Source: Deferrisomatales bacterium (GTDB taxonomy: Bacteria > Desulfobacterota > Deferrisomatia > Deferrisomatales > JACRMM01). Taken from it: a DNA stretch of 64,000 nucleotides. The stretch is taken from the NCBI GenBank assembly GCA_033551855.1, contig JAWSUI010000006.1, positions 58,788 through 122,787 on the forward strand, written 5' to 3'. Positions 27,944 through 38,609 of this stretch are shown one piece after another. Every line of letters begins with the position of its first letter. Within the stretch, counting starts at the first letter, position 1. The notes below the pieces were generated by a model, which was not told the origin of the DNA, did not search any database, and was given only the letters and a program-made list of their open reading frames with translations. The translations under genes and the position numbers were made by a program.

Positions 27944-30900
27944 ATGGCCCCGAAGAGCCCTGCCGCCGCGGAAGCTCCCCGCGAGCTCACGCGCCGCGAC
28001 GACCCCCTAGCGGACCGCGCTCGGGAACTGGCGCAGCGCCACCATGTGTCGAAGCGCCGGAGCACCGGCTCCCTCACGGCGCGCGTGGCCGAGCTGAAGA
28101 ACGGGATCGATCGGGTGGCGCGCCACTGGTCCCAGGCGTCGATCCAGGCCTCCGATCTCGCCTACGCGGCGGAGTGGCTGCTCGACAACCTCTACGTGGT
28201 GCGGCGGGCGCTGCGGGAAGTCCGGGAAGACATGCCGGCCGGCTACTATCGCAGCCTGCCCCGGTTGACCCTCCCCGAGCTCGGGGAGGAGCCTCGGATC
28301 TACGCCGTGGCCACCGAGCTCCTCCGCGGGTGCCGTGGGCGGTTCTCGGGCGACGACGCGGAGCACTTCCTCCACGCCTATCAGGAAACCCGGCCTCTCA
28401 CCATGGGCGAGCTCTGGGCGCTCCCCACCATGCTGCGGTTCACGGCGTTGGAAGTCCTCGCCGAAGCGGTGTCCCGTTTGAGCGGGCTGCCCTTCGCCGG
28501 GCGGCCTCTGGCCGGATCCGAGGGCAAGTCCTCCTCGTTCGGCTGGACGGAGGAGCTGTCCAGCGTGGACCGGGTCTCCACCGCGATCGCCAGCTTGCGA
28601 GCCCTGGATGCGATCGACTGGAGCGCGTTTTTCGAGGCGGTGAGCCACGTCGAGCGCGTCCTTCGAGGCGATCTCACGTACGCGTCGATGGATTTCGACA
28701 CCCGCGACCGGTACCGGCGCGAGGTGGAGTCACTGGCGTCCACTTCGCGCAGGGAAGAGGTTCCCGTGGCGGAGGCGGCGCTCGAGTTCGCCTCGCGGAT
28801 GCCTTCGAACCGGGGCGATCCGGCCCAGGGGCATGTGGGCTGTGCCCTCCTGGGGGAAGGCCGCCGGGAGCTGGAGAGGGAGCTCGGCTGCCTCCTGCCG
28901 CTGGGCCTCCGGCTCCGTCGCCTGCTCCTGGCCCATCCCACGTTCGTCTATCTGGGGGGGATCGGCTCGCTCGCGGCCGGTCTGTGGCTGCTGGCGGTGG
29001 CCTACGGCGTCTCGCGAGGAGGCGGCGCCGGGCAGGTGGCGGCCGTGGCCGTGTTGACGGCCGTCCCCGCGCTCACGATCGCGGTGGCCCTCGTCAACTG
29101 GCTGCTGACGCTCTCCCTTCCCCCCCGCGTGCTCCCCAAGCTGGACTTCCGAGAAGGAATTCCAGGGGACTGCCGGGCCATGATCGTGGTTCCGGCGCTC
29201 TTTCGGGACGGGCACGACGTCGACTCCCTCCTCGAACAGCTCGAGCTCCATCACCTGAGCAATCCCGACCCCCTGCTGGGCTTCGCGGTGCTGGCCGACT
29301 TCGCAGACGCGCCCCGGGCGCACATGGTGGGCGACGGGCCCATCGTGGAGCGGGCCAAGACGGCCCTGGAGGCGCTCAATCGGCGCTACGGCCGGGACGG
29401 CCCCGGGCCCTTCTACGTGTTTCTCCGGGAGCGCCGCTGGAATCCCTCCGAGGGCGTGTGGATGGGGTGGGAGCGCAAGCGGGGGAAGCTCGAGGAGTTC
29501 AACCGCTTGCTCCTCGGGGGCGGGCCGACCTCGTTCACGGTGCAGGCAGGAGATCTCTCGGTGCTTCCCGAGTTCCGCTACGTCCTCACCGCGGACGCGG
29601 ACACCGGCCTCCCCCGAGGCAGCGCCGCGCGGCTGGTCGGAACGCTGGCCCACCCGCTCAACCGCCCCCACGTGGACCCTCGGAGCCGCAGGGTCGTCGC
29701 CGGGTACACGATCCTCCAGCCCCGCGTCGAGATTACCGCCGTGAGCGCCAACCAATCGCCCTTTTCCCGGATCTTTTCCGGCGACACCGGGCTCGATCTG
29801 TACTCCCGCGCCGTCTCCGACGTGTACCAGGATCTGTTCGGGGAGGGCCTGTACGTGGGCAAGGGGCTCTACGACCTCGACGGCTTTCATCGGACGCTGG
29901 AGGGGGTCGTTCCGGAAAACAGCCTGCTGAGCCACGATTTGCTGGAGGGCGTCCACGGTCGGGTGGCCCTGGTGACCGACGTCACCCTCCTGGAGGACTA
30001 CCCGGGTGCCTACCTCCCCTGGGCCAGCCGGCAGCACCGGTGGATCCGCGGAGACTGGCAGCTCCTGCCGTGGCTCTTCCTCGGGCGCTCCCGGCAGGGG
30101 GCGGGGCGCTCCCTGCCGGCCATCCATCGCTGGAAGATCGCCGACAACCTGCGGCGAAGCCTGCTCGCCCCGGCGCTCCTGGCCTGGCTGGCGGCGGCCT
30201 GGCTGTGGCTTCCCGGGTCGGCCCTGCTGTGGACCCTGCTGGCCGCGCTCACCCCGGAGGTTCCCCTCTTGACGTCCGCGGGGCAGGAGGTGGCGGCGCG
30301 GGCCCGTCGAGGGGCCTGGGCGGGACCGGTGCCCGCCCTGCGCCGGCACGCGCTGCGCTGGCTCCTCCAGTTGGCCTTTCTGCCGTACGAGGCGTTTCTC
30401 ACGCTCGACGCCATCGTTCGCACGTTGTTTCGCCTGGGCGTGACCCGGCGAAACCTCCTGGAGTGGACGACCGCCGCGCACACCTCTCGGCTGTTCCAGG
30501 ATGGGGGCGGGCATCTGCGAACCTGGACCCGCATGGCGGCGGCGCCGCTGTCGGCCGGCCTCCTGGCGTGGGCTGTCGCCGCGGTCAACCCCACTGCGCT
30601 TCTCGCTGCCGCTCCGTTTCTGCTGGCCTGGATGCTCGCCCCCCACCTCGCCTGGCGGATCAGCAAGCCGGAGGTCGTCACCGCGAAGCTCGCCACCCCC
30701 GAGCAGCGCTACCGCCTCTCGTGGCTCGCCCGGCGGACCTGGTTCTTCTTCGAGCGGTTCGTGGGGCCCGACGACCACTGGCTTCCCCCGGACCACTTCC
30801 AGGAGTCACCGAAGGGCGTGGTGGCCCACCGCACCTCTCCCACGAACGTGGGGTTGGGACTCCTCTCGACCCTCTCCGCCCACGACTTCGGGTATATCGG

Positions 30901-33900
30901 CAAGCTGCTGCTGGCCTTTCGCGTGTCGCAGGCCTTCGAGAGCCTCGACCGCCTGGAGCGGTACCGGGGCCACTTTCTCAACTGGTACGACACCCGGACC
31001 CTGAAGCCCCTGCACCCGCGGTATGTCTCCACCGTGGACAGCGGCAACCTGGCGGCCAGCCTGGTGGCCCTGCGGGAGGGCTGCCTGGAGGTGCTCGAGG
31101 CGCCCGTGCTGCGCTGGGAGGAGTGGCAGGGCCTCCTGGATACGCTCTCGGTGCTCGCGGAGGAGCTGGAGCGCATGAAGGAACCCGCCCATACGGTCTT
31201 CTCTCCCGTGCGGGCGCATCTGGACGAAGTGCGCCGGCAGATCCTCGCCGTGCGGCACGACCGGCTCCGCTGGCCGCCGCTGTGGGAGACGCTCGCCGAA
31301 CGGCAGGGCCCGGAGCTGGCCCGGTTGCTCGGCGTCCTGCTCGACCAAGGCACCGTGGGCATGTCTGCCGGCGAGCTGGACGGCCTGCGAGACTGGTCGG
31401 AGCGGATTCGGCGGCAGTTGCACAACACCCTACGGGAGCTCCGCACCCTGACTCCGTGGCGCTTCTCGCTGGCGCACGTGCCGGAGTTGCTGCGATCCGG
31501 GCCGGAAAGCGGGCTGCAGCGGGCCTGGCGAGCCCTGCGGGGCCGGCTGGAGGCAACGGAGAGCCTCGTTGCCCTGGCCGGCGCGTACGAGACACACCGG
31601 GAGGGGCTGCGTGATCTGGTACTGCGGACCCGCCGGGCCCCCACCAGCTCGGAAGCAGAACGCGAACGGGCTGCGGGTTGGCTCGAGGATCTCCTGGGGT
31701 CGCTCCGGAGGACCGAGAACGTGGCTCGGGAGCTCGTAAAGCGGTACACAGACATCATGGCACGGGCCGAGCGCACTGTGGCCGCCATGGATTTTCGTTT
31801 CCTGTTCGATTCCCGGCGCAAGCTCTTCACCATCGGCTACAACGTCGACGCCGAGCAGCACGACACGAACCACTACGACCTGCTCAGCTCGGAGGCACGG
31901 GTCGCGAGCCTCCTGGCCATCGCCAAGGGAGATGCGCCCCAGGCTCACTGGCTCCACCTCGGCCGTCCGGTGACGCAGCTGAACGGCTCGCGAGCGCTCC
32001 TGTCCTGGAGCGGAACCCTGTTCGAGTACCTGATGCCCCTGTTGCTCCTCGAGGAGCACCCGGGGACGCTGCTCGCCGAGAGCGACCGGGCGGCGATGAA
32101 GTGGCAGGTCGCGTACGGGCAGCAGAAGGGGGTCCCCTGGGGCGTCTCGGAATCGGGCTACTACCGATTCGACACCCAGCAGAACTACCAGTACAGGGCC
32201 TTCGGGGTGCCGGGCCTCGGGTTGAAGCGCGGGCTGGAAGAGGACCTGGTGGTGGCGCCCTATGCGTGCCTCCTGGCCCTCCCCCTCGATCCCCAGGAGG
32301 TGATGGACAACGTCGAGCGCTTGATCGAAGAAGGGCTGCTCGGGGGGTACGGTCTCTACGAGGCCGTGGATTACACGCCGTCGAGGCTGACCCTGGGCCA
32401 GAAGAAGGCGCTTGTGCGCTCCTACATGGCGCACCACCAGGGCATGATCCTCGTCTCGCTCGGCAACTATCTCCACAAGGGCCCCATGGTGCGCCGTTTT
32501 CACCGCGACCCCTCGATTCGCAGCGTGGAGATGCTCCTCCAGGAGCGGATCCACCACACGGCCCCCCTCGAGAGACCCCACCCCTCGGTTTCGGAAGGCT
32601 CGCTCAAGGAACGCAGGGCCGCGCGACACGAACCGTGGTCGGCGCCCCTCGATGCGCCGTTCCCGCTCGTGCACTTCCTCTCGAACGGCACCTACGGCGT
32701 GTTGATCACGAGCGGGGGCGGCGGCTACAGCCGGTGGGGAGACGTGGATCTCACGCGCTGGCGCGCCGACACGACAGGGGACGACTGGGGCACCTGGATC
32801 TACCTTCGGGACGTGGACGCCGACGCCCTCTGGTCGGTCGGCTGTCAGCCCACGGGGACCGGGCTCCAGGGTAGGACGGTCACCTTCTCGGCCCACAAGG
32901 CCGACCTGCGCTGCGAGCTCCACCAGATCGCCGTCTCGACGGAGATCGCCGTCCACCCCGAGGATTCGGTGGAAGTGAGACGGGTCGTGCTCACCAACAA
33001 GAGCTCGAGGCCCCGCCTCCTGCAGGTGACCAGCTACGGGGAGGTCGTGCTCGCCCCCCAGGACACCCGTCACCCCGCCTTCAACAAGCTCTTCATCGAG
33101 AGCCGATTTCTCGAGGACGCCAACGCCCTGCTGTTTTCCCGCCGTGCGCGCGGTCCCGAGGAGAGCCCCGTCCACCTGGCCCACCTGCTGGTCCTGAAAG
33201 AGGGGGCCGCGAAAGGGGATTGTGAAACCGATCGGGCCCGCTTCTTGGGGCGCGGCGGCACGGTGCGCAGACCTGCGGCGCTGGGTGCGGGAGGCGAGGG
33301 GCTCACGGGCACCACGGGCGCGACGCTCGATCCCGTGTTCTCTCTGTCGCAACAGATCATCCTGGAACCGCACGCCACCGTCGAGCTGGCGTTCGTCACC
33401 CTGGCGTCGGAGAGCCGCGAGCAGGCCCTTACCCTGGCCGAGCGCTACCGCCAGTGGAACCAGATCCACCGGGTCTTCGGCGAGGCGCGCACCCACAGCG
33501 AGATCGAGCTGGAGCGCACGGGCCTCACCACGGCGGAGCTCGAGCGGTTTCAGGTGTTGTTGAGCCTGCTCCTCTACCCCCACGAAGCCCTTCGGGCAAA
33601 GCCCCACGTGATCGCCGCCAACCGTTTGGGCCAGCCGGGGCTCTGGCCGTTTGCCATCTCCGGCGATCATCCGATCCTACTGGTCCGGGTCGGGGCCGAG
33701 GACGAGGCGGGCGTCGTGCTGGACGTCTTGAAGGCCCACGCGTACTGGAGGAGCCGCGGGCTGCGAGTGGACCTGGCGATCCTGAACGAGAAGCAGGCCG
33801 GGTACTCCCAGGAGGTCCAGGGCCACCTCCAGCGGCTGGTCGCCCAGACGGGGGGCGACGCATGGCTGGACCGGCACGGAGGCATCTTCCTGCTCCGGGC

Positions 33901-36493
33901 GGAGTTCATGCAGCCGGAAGAGATCGTCCTGCTCGAGACGGCGGCACGGGTCGTCGTGAACGGGGTCCAGGGAGACCTGGCGTCCCAACTGCGAGGGATC
34001 GTGCGGGACCCGCCGCCCTTGCCGGCACTCTCCCCCTCGCCTACGCACCGGGAACCCCCGAGAGAGATCCCGCCGATCTCCCGCCCGCAGGACCTCGTTT
34101 TCGACAACGGCTGGGGGGGGTTTAGCCCCGACGGACGGGAGTACGCGATCTTTCGAGAGCCCGGCTCCCCTCCCCCCGCCCCCTGGATCAACGTGGTCGC
34201 GAACCCCCACTTCGGGTTCCTGGTCACCGACTCCGGCTCCAGCTGCACGTGGTGCGAGAACAGCGGAGAGAACCGGCTGACCCCCTGGCACAACGACCCG
34301 GTGAGCGACCCCACCGGCGAGGCGTTGTACCTGCGAGACGAGGAGACGGGCGCGGTGTGGACCCCCATGCCCATGCCGGCGGGCGCCGCCGCCCCCTATC
34401 TGGTGCGCCACGGCGTGGGGTACTCCACGTTCGAGCACTCGAGCCACGGGTTGAAACAGCAGGTTCGGGTGTTCGCGGCACAGAGCGACCCGGTCAAGTT
34501 CGTCCAGGTCCGGCTGGAGAACGCGTGGAGTCACACTCGCCGGATCACCGCCACCCACTACGTGGAGTGGGTCCTGGGAACCCATCGGTCCGAGACGCAG
34601 CCGTTCGTGGTGCTGGAACACGACGAAGCCCGAAACGCCATCCTCGCCCGCAACCCGTACCACTCGGAGTTCGGCGCGCGCGTGGCGTTCTCGGCAGCCG
34701 ACCGTCGCCTCCACGGGCTCACGGGGTCGCGCTCGGAGTTTCTCGGCCGGATGGGCAACCCCGAGAGCCCGGCGGGGCTGGGTCGGATCGGGCTCGCCGG
34801 GGCGGTGCGGGCCGGGCTCGACCCCTGTGCGGCGCTGCAGATCCACCTCGACATCCCGGCCGGAACCTCGGTGGAGTTCGTCTTCTTGCTGGGACAGGGG
34901 GGCGACCGGGAGCACGCACTCCGGCTGATCGAGAAGTATCGGGGCGTTCCGGCCGCCGAAGCCGCTCTCGCCCAGGTCCGGTCCGCCTGGGAGCGCCGGT
35001 TGGAGACCGTGCAGGTGCGCACGCCCGACCCGGCGCTGGATCTCCTCCTCAACCGCTGGCTCCCGTACCAGAACCTGTCCTGCCGGTTGTGGGGCCGGTC
35101 GGCGCTCTACCAGTCGAGCGGCGCCTTCGGGTTTCGAGACCAGCTCCAGGACGTGCTGGCGGTCCTCCACGCCGAGCCCGGCCTCGCCCGGGAGCATCTG
35201 TTGCGCGCGGCGGCCCACCAGTTCGAGGGGGGAGACGTGCTCCACTGGTGGCACCCCCCTACCGGCCGCGGCGTGCGGACGCGCATCTCGGACGACCTCC
35301 TCTGGCTGCCCTTCGTCACAGCCGAGTACGTGGCGGTCACCGGCGACGACTCGATCCTGGACGAGAAGATCCCGTTCCTGCAGGGGCCGGAGCTGGAGCC
35401 GGGCGAGCACGAGCGCTACGGCTGGTTTCCTCCCACGGACGAGGCGTTTCCCTTGCTGGAGCACGGCCGCCGCGCCCTCGAACGCGCTTCGACGAAGGGC
35501 CCCCACGAGCTGCCGCTCTTCGGCGGCGGGGACTGGAACGACGGCATGAACCGGGTCGGGGCTGCGGGGGAGGGGGAGAGCGTGTGGCTCGGCTGGTTTC
35601 TCTTCGCCGCACTGGAGAGCTTCGCCCCGCTTTGCGAGAGGCGCGGCGAGGCGCCGGCGGCAGAGGGGTTTCGCCGGCAGGCGCGCGCGCTTCGGGAGAG
35701 GATCGAGGCCGAAGCGTGGGACGGAGGCTGGTACCTGCGCGGTTTCTACGACGACGGCGCGCCGCTCGGTTCCGCTCGAAACGAGGAGTGCCGGATCGAC
35801 GCGGTCGCCCAGTCCTGGGCCGTGCTCTCCGAAGCGGGAGACCCGGTACGCGCCGGAGAGGCGATGGACGCCGTGGCCGAGCGCCTCGTGCGCCCGGAGG
35901 ACGGCCTCGTCCTCCTCTTGTCTCCCCCCTTCGACACGACGAGCCGCGACCCCGGCTACATCAAGGGGTATCCCCCCGGCATTCGCGAAAACGGGGGGCA
36001 GTACACCCACGCCGCCCTCTGGACGGTGTGGGCTTTTGCCCGGCTCGGGCAGGGGTCACGGGCCGGCGAGCTCCTTCGGCTCCTGAACCCCATATACCAC
36101 GCCGACACCCCGGGAAAGGCGGCCCTGTACAAGGTCGAGCCCTATGTCGTCGCCGCCGACGTCTACGGGATCGATCCCCACGTGGGACGGGGCGGCTGGA
36201 CGTGGTATACGGGCTCGGCAGGCTGGATGTATCGCCTGGGGGTGGAAGCACTCCTGGGGCTACGACGAAGGGGCGACCGGCTCTTCCTCGAGCCGTGCAT
36301 CCCGGCGGACTGGCGAAGTTTCGAGATCACCTACCGAGAGGGCGACACCACCTACCGGTTCGAGGTGCAAAACCCGAGCGGTGTGGAGCAAGGCGTTGCG
36401 GAGCTGCTCCTGGACGGTGAGCCGAGGCTCGACCGCTCGATTCCCCTTCTGCAAGATGGGCGGGAGCATGGAGTGGTGGTCCGGATGGGGTAG
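27944..36493 (+). CDS. Cyclic beta-1,2-glucan synthase (Cgs/ChvB/NdvB-like; glycosyltransferase, cyclizing and GH94 phosphorylase domains)
   Basis: ~2850 aa; WMGWERKRGKL, SHDLLEG, RWIRGDWQL, RTSPTN, SWSGTLFEYLMP, PWGVSES, YQSSGAFGFRDQLQD, GDWNDGMN, ENGGQYTH, GWTWYTGS. Confidence 0.92.
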   Translation: MAPKSPAAAEAPRELTRRDDPLADRARELAQRHHVSKRRSTGSLTARVAELKNGIDRVARHWSQASIQASDLAYAAEWLLDNLYVVRRALREVREDMPAGYYRSLPRLTLPELGEEPRIYAVATELLRGCRGRFSGDDAEHFLHAYQETRPLTMGELWALPTMLRFTALEVLAEAVSRLSGLPFAGRPLAGSEGKSSSFGWTEELSSVDRVSTAIASLRALDAIDWSAFFEAVSHVERVLRGDLTYASMDFDTRDRYRREVESLASTSRREEVPVAEAALEFASRMPSNRGDPAQGHVGCALLGEGRRELERELGCLLPLGLRLRRLLLAHPTFVYLGGIGSLAAGLWLLAVAYGVSRGGGAGQVAAVAVLTAVPALTIAVALVNWLLTLSLPPRVLPKLDFREGIPGDCRAMIVVPALFRDGHDVDSLLEQLELHHLSNPDPLLGFAVLADFADAPRAHMVGDGPIVERAKTALEALNRRYGRDGPGPFYVFLRERRWNPSEGVWMGWERKRGKLEEFNRLLLGGGPTSFTVQAGDLSVLPEFRYVLTADADTGLPRGSAARLVGTLAHPLNRPHVDPRSRRVVAGYTILQPRVEITAVSANQSPFSRIFSGDTGLDLYSRAVSDVYQDLFGEGLYVGKGLYDLDGFHRTLEGVVPENSLLSHDLLEGVHGRVALVTDVTLLEDYPGAYLPWASRQHRWIRGDWQLLPWLFLGRSRQGAGRSLPAIHRWKIADNLRRSLLAPALLAWLAAAWLWLPGSALLWTLLAALTPEVPLLTSAGQEVAARARRGAWAGPVPALRRHALRWLLQLAFLPYEAFLTLDAIVRTLFRLGVTRRNLLEWTTAAHTSRLFQDGGGHLRTWTRMAAAPLSAGLLAWAVAAVNPTALLAAAPFLLAWMLAPHLAWRISKPEVVTAKLATPEQRYRLSWLARRTWFFFERFVGPDDHWLPPDHFQESPKGVVAHRTSPTNVGLGLLSTLSAHDFGYIGKLLLAFRVSQAFESLDRLERYRGHFLNWYDTRTLKPLHPRYVSTVDSGNLAASLVALREGCLEVLEAPVLRWEEWQGLLDTLSVLAEELERMKEPAHTVFSPVRAHLDEVRRQILAVRHDRLRWPPLWETLAERQGPELARLLGVLLDQGTVGMSAGELDGLRDWSERIRRQLHNTLRELRTLTPWRFSLAHVPELLRSGPESGLQRAWRALRGRLEATESLVALAGAYETHREGLRDLVLRTRRAPTSSEAERERAAGWLEDLLGSLRRTENVARELVKRYTDIMARAERTVAAMDFRFLFDSRRKLFTIGYNVDAEQHDTNHYDLLSSEARVASLLAIAKGDAPQAHWLHLGRPVTQLNGSRALLSWSGTLFEYLMPLLLLEEHPGTLLAESDRAAMKWQVAYGQQKGVPWGVSESGYYRFDTQQNYQYRAFGVPGLGLKRGLEEDLVVAPYACLLALPLDPQEVMDNVERLIEEGLLGGYGLYEAVDYTPSRLTLGQKKALVRSYMAHHQGMILVSLGNYLHKGPMVRRFHRDPSIRSVEMLLQERIHHTAPLERPHPSVSEGSLKERRAARHEPWSAPLDAPFPLVHFLSNGTYGVLITSGGGGYSRWGDVDLTRWRADTTGDDWGTWIYLRDVDADALWSVGCQPTGTGLQGRTVTFSAHKADLRCELHQIAVSTEIAVHPEDSVEVRRVVLTNKSSRPRLLQVTSYGEVVLAPQDTRHPAFNKLFIESRFLEDANALLFSRRARGPEESPVHLAHLLVLKEGAAKGDCETDRARFLGRGGTVRRPAALGAGGEGLTGTTGATLDPVFSLSQQIILEPHATVELAFVTLASESREQALTLAERYRQWNQIHRVFGEARTHSEIELERTGLTTAELERFQVLLSLLLYPHEALRAKPHVIAANRLGQPGLWPFAISGDHPILLVRVGAEDEAGVVLDVLKAHAYWRSRGLRVDLAILNEKQAGYSQEVQGHLQRLVAQTGGDAWLDRHGGIFLLRAEFMQPEEIVLLETAARVVVNGVQGDLASQLRGIVRDPPPLPALSPSPTHREPPREIPPISRPQDLVFDNGWGGFSPDGREYAIFREPGSPPPAPWINVVANPHFGFLVTDSGSSCTWCENSGENRLTPWHNDPVSDPTGEALYLRDEETGAVWTPMPMPAGAAAPYLVRHGVGYSTFEHSSHGLKQQVRVFAAQSDPVKFVQVRLENAWSHTRRITATHYVEWVLGTHRSETQPFVVLEHDEARNAILARNPYHSEFGARVAFSAADRRLHGLTGSRSEFLGRMGNPESPAGLGRIGLAGAVRAGLDPCAALQIHLDIPAGTSVEFVFLLGQGGDREHALRLIEKYRGVPAAEAALAQVRSAWERRLETVQVRTPDPALDLLLNRWLPYQNLSCRLWGRSALYQSSGAFGFRDQLQDVLAVLHAEPGLAREHLLRAAAHQFEGGDVLHWWHPPTGRGVRTRISDDLLWLPFVTAEYVAVTGDDSILDEKIPFLQGPELEPGEHERYGWFPPTDEAFPLLEHGRRALERASTKGPHELPLFGGGDWNDGMNRVGAAGEGESVWLGWFLFAALESFAPLCERRGEAPAAEGFRRQARALRERIEAEAWDGGWYLRGFYDDGAPLGSARNEECRIDAVAQSWAVLSEAGDPVRAGEAMDAVAERLVRPEDGLVLLLSPPFDTTSRDPGYIKGYPPGIRENGGQYTHAALWTVWAFARLGQGSRAGELLRLLNPIYHADTPGKAALYKVEPYVVAADVYGIDPHVGRGGWTWYTGSAGWMYRLGVEALLGLRRRGDRLFLEPCIPADWRSFEITYREGDTTYRFEVQNPSGVEQGVAELLLDGEPRLDRSIPLLQDGREHGVVVRMG

Positions 36494-36786
36494 TTCGAGC
36501 TTGCCGGGCGATCCGGGGCAAGGAAAGCCCCCCCGGGTTGCGGCAGAGATGTCCGGGAGGGTCGCGCATCCATGGCCGTGGCTCAGGATGAACCCGTACA
36601 GGACGGGCAACAAGAGGGGTTTGCACAGCGAGGCCGGAGGCGTAGGGGCGCACGGCTGTGGGCCCCGGCGCGTAACCCAGCCGTGCCGCCGAGCCCCCAG
36701 GTTCGACGCGCAGGCGCGACCCCAACCCACACAAATCACAACAGAACCGACGATCTGGCCCTTGGGTGCCGGAAGCTCGCCGCCCC

Positions 36787-37413
36787 ATGATGGCGGCACT
36801 CGCCCAAGGGTTCTTGTTCGGCTGGGTCGGTTCCATGCCGATCGTCGGCGCGGTCTCCGTCTTCGTCTGCCAGCGCGGCCTCGCAGGGCAGTTGCGGAAT
36901 GGCCTCGCGTTGGCGAGCGGCGCAGCACTCGCCGAGGGTGCGTGGTGCCTCGTCGTGCTCCAGGGCGTCGGCCAACTGTTCACTCGCTGGCCGGCCGCCG
37001 CCACCGTCGCCAAAGCCCTGGGCGGGGTCCTGCTCGTCTGTGTGGGCGTCTACTTCCTGACCCGCCACACGACGCTGCGCAACCAGGGGGCTCCGGTCGG
37101 CGCGCCGGCGCGGCGCCTTCGCGACGAGTTCCTCCTCGGCGCGACTTTGGTCGGCGTCAATCTCGCGATCCCCGTAAACTGGCTGGCGGCGGTGACGGTC
37201 GCGGTCTCGATCGGTCTGGTGCCCACGGTCCCGCCGCCGACGTTCGCCCTGGGGGTCACCTTCGGCGTCGTGGCGTGGTTCGCCCTCCTGCTGCGCCTTC
37301 TCGTCGGGTTTCGTCGGCGATTGAGCGCTTCGGTTCTCGACCGCGTGCTGCACATCCTGGGAATGCTGCTCATCGGGGGGGGATTCGTGGCGCTATGGAT
37401 GGCGTGGACCTAG
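36787..37413 (+). CDS. LysE family translocator
   Basis: GFLFGWVGSMPIVGAVSV....RGL..G...G.ALAE; hydrophobic helices. Confidence 0.75.
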   Translation: MMAALAQGFLFGWVGSMPIVGAVSVFVCQRGLAGQLRNGLALASGAALAEGAWCLVVLQGVGQLFTRWPAAATVAKALGGVLLVCVGVYFLTRHTTLRNQGAPVGAPARRLRDEFLLGATLVGVNLAIPVNWLAAVTVAVSIGLVPTVPPPTFALGVTFGVVAWFALLLRLLVGFRRRLSASVLDRVLHILGMLLIGGGFVALWMAWT

Positions 37414-37568
37414 CAGGCTGCTGAAAAAGCAGCCTGCGTGCGTCCCATGGATGGGACGGAGAATTGCGGCGCTTGAAAAGCGCAGTGATTCGTGAGGGTT
37501 CGAAGGGGCCGTCTCCGAGAACCCGTAGCTGAAAAACCCAGGGAGGGGGTTTTTCAGCATCCTGCTAG
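37410..37568. mobile_element. MITE-like non-autonomous element (159 bp including CTAG at both ends)
   Basis: CTAGCAGGCTGCTGAAAAA ... TTTTTCAGCATCCTGCTAG, 19-bp inverted repeat with 1 mismatch; no internal transposase. Confidence 0.75.
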
Positions 37569-37639
37569 ATCGCACACAGAAGCGCTCCAGGATTGTTGGA
37601 GCCATCCTCTCGTCCTCGCTGGGTGTGGTCACCTTCAGC

Positions 37640-38482
37640 TCAAGGCTGGGCCTGCACCAGCTTCTTCGATTCCGCGAACACCCACGAAAGACCGAGTCCT
37701 GCCATCCAGACGTGACGGGTCCTCATGAGCGGGCTGTCTTCAAATACCGCGCCCGCCAAGTTATCGTAACTGACAAATGAACCGAGCCACATGTGGCGAA
37801 AACGCTTGGTCGTCGTCAGCATAAGGAACGCACCGCTGTATCCGCCGCGTGCATCGTAGGCTGGACGAGAATCGGGAATGGCATGTTCTGGCGCGACCTC
37901 GTAGTAGTAGTCGTGGTACCGCTCAGAGGCGAAATACGTGCCGGCGGTTCCCCGGAGATCCAAGCCCGCGCCGGGCCCGATGTTGCGAAGAGCGAGTGTG
38001 AGCTGGGGATTGACGACAAAGCCGATGGCCTTCCAGGTGGAAAGATCCGTGGCAATGACGGCGCGGACCGGAAGACGAAAGAGCACTTCGCGCTCCGACT
38101 GGGTGTCCCTGGCAAGGCAGATCTCCAGTGCAGGTCCCACCTGGAACGTGAGATCGAGGTCCGGCATGCCCCTCCGGGCCCGGTTCTTGTCGCTCTTGGT
38201 CGGCATGGTGGCTTCGCCGCTCAGCTTCAACCGCACTCGCTCCGAGCGGAAGAGCAAGCCCGTGATCCCCTCGCTGTCCATCCTCAGAAGATCTCCGCGA
38301 TACACCAGATACGGCAGCGGCAGCACATAGAGGCGCTGTTGGTCGGAACCGCGGTAGTCGGGAAGGCTCAATGCCGCAGCTCCCAGTCCCATCTCCCACA
38401 GGGGCAGTTCCTCGGAACGGCCGATGTTCGTGGAGGAGACAGCCAGCAGGAGGCCCACCAGACAGGAAATCCGTGGCCTCAT
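37640..38482 (-). CDS. MipA/OmpV family outer-membrane protein
   Basis: Signal peptide; LPLWEMGLG..A..LPDYRGSD; RRGMPDLD; YHDYYYEV; YDARGGYSG. Confidence 0.85.
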   Translation of the reverse strand: MRPRISCLVGLLLAVSSTNIGRSEELPLWEMGLGAAALSLPDYRGSDQQRLYVLPLPYLVYRGDLLRMDSEGITGLLFRSERVRLKLSGEATMPTKSDKNRARRGMPDLDLTFQVGPALEICLARDTQSEREVLFRLPVRAVIATDLSTWKAIGFVVNPQLTLALRNIGPGAGLDLRGTAGTYFASERYHDYYYEVAPEHAIPDSRPAYDARGGYSGAFLMLTTTKRFRHMWLGSFVSYDNLAGAVFEDSPLMRTRHVWMAGLGLSWVFAESKKLVQAQP

Positions 38483-38609
38483 GGTCCCGACTCCCTGACC
38501 GCGACCTTGGAGGAACTCTTTGCTGCTGCGTGATTCGGCTCCCCCTCCCCGGGGCGAACTGCAGGCCGCGTTGCAACGGCGTGCTGGTACGAACCGCGCA
38601 CGGCCCGGG

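Noticed and set aside
28174..36420. Long alternative-frame and antisense ORFs over the glucan synthase (and similar ones across the window)
   Set aside because: Arg/Pro/Gly-rich shadow ORFs expected in high-GC coding DNA; no motifs or RBS
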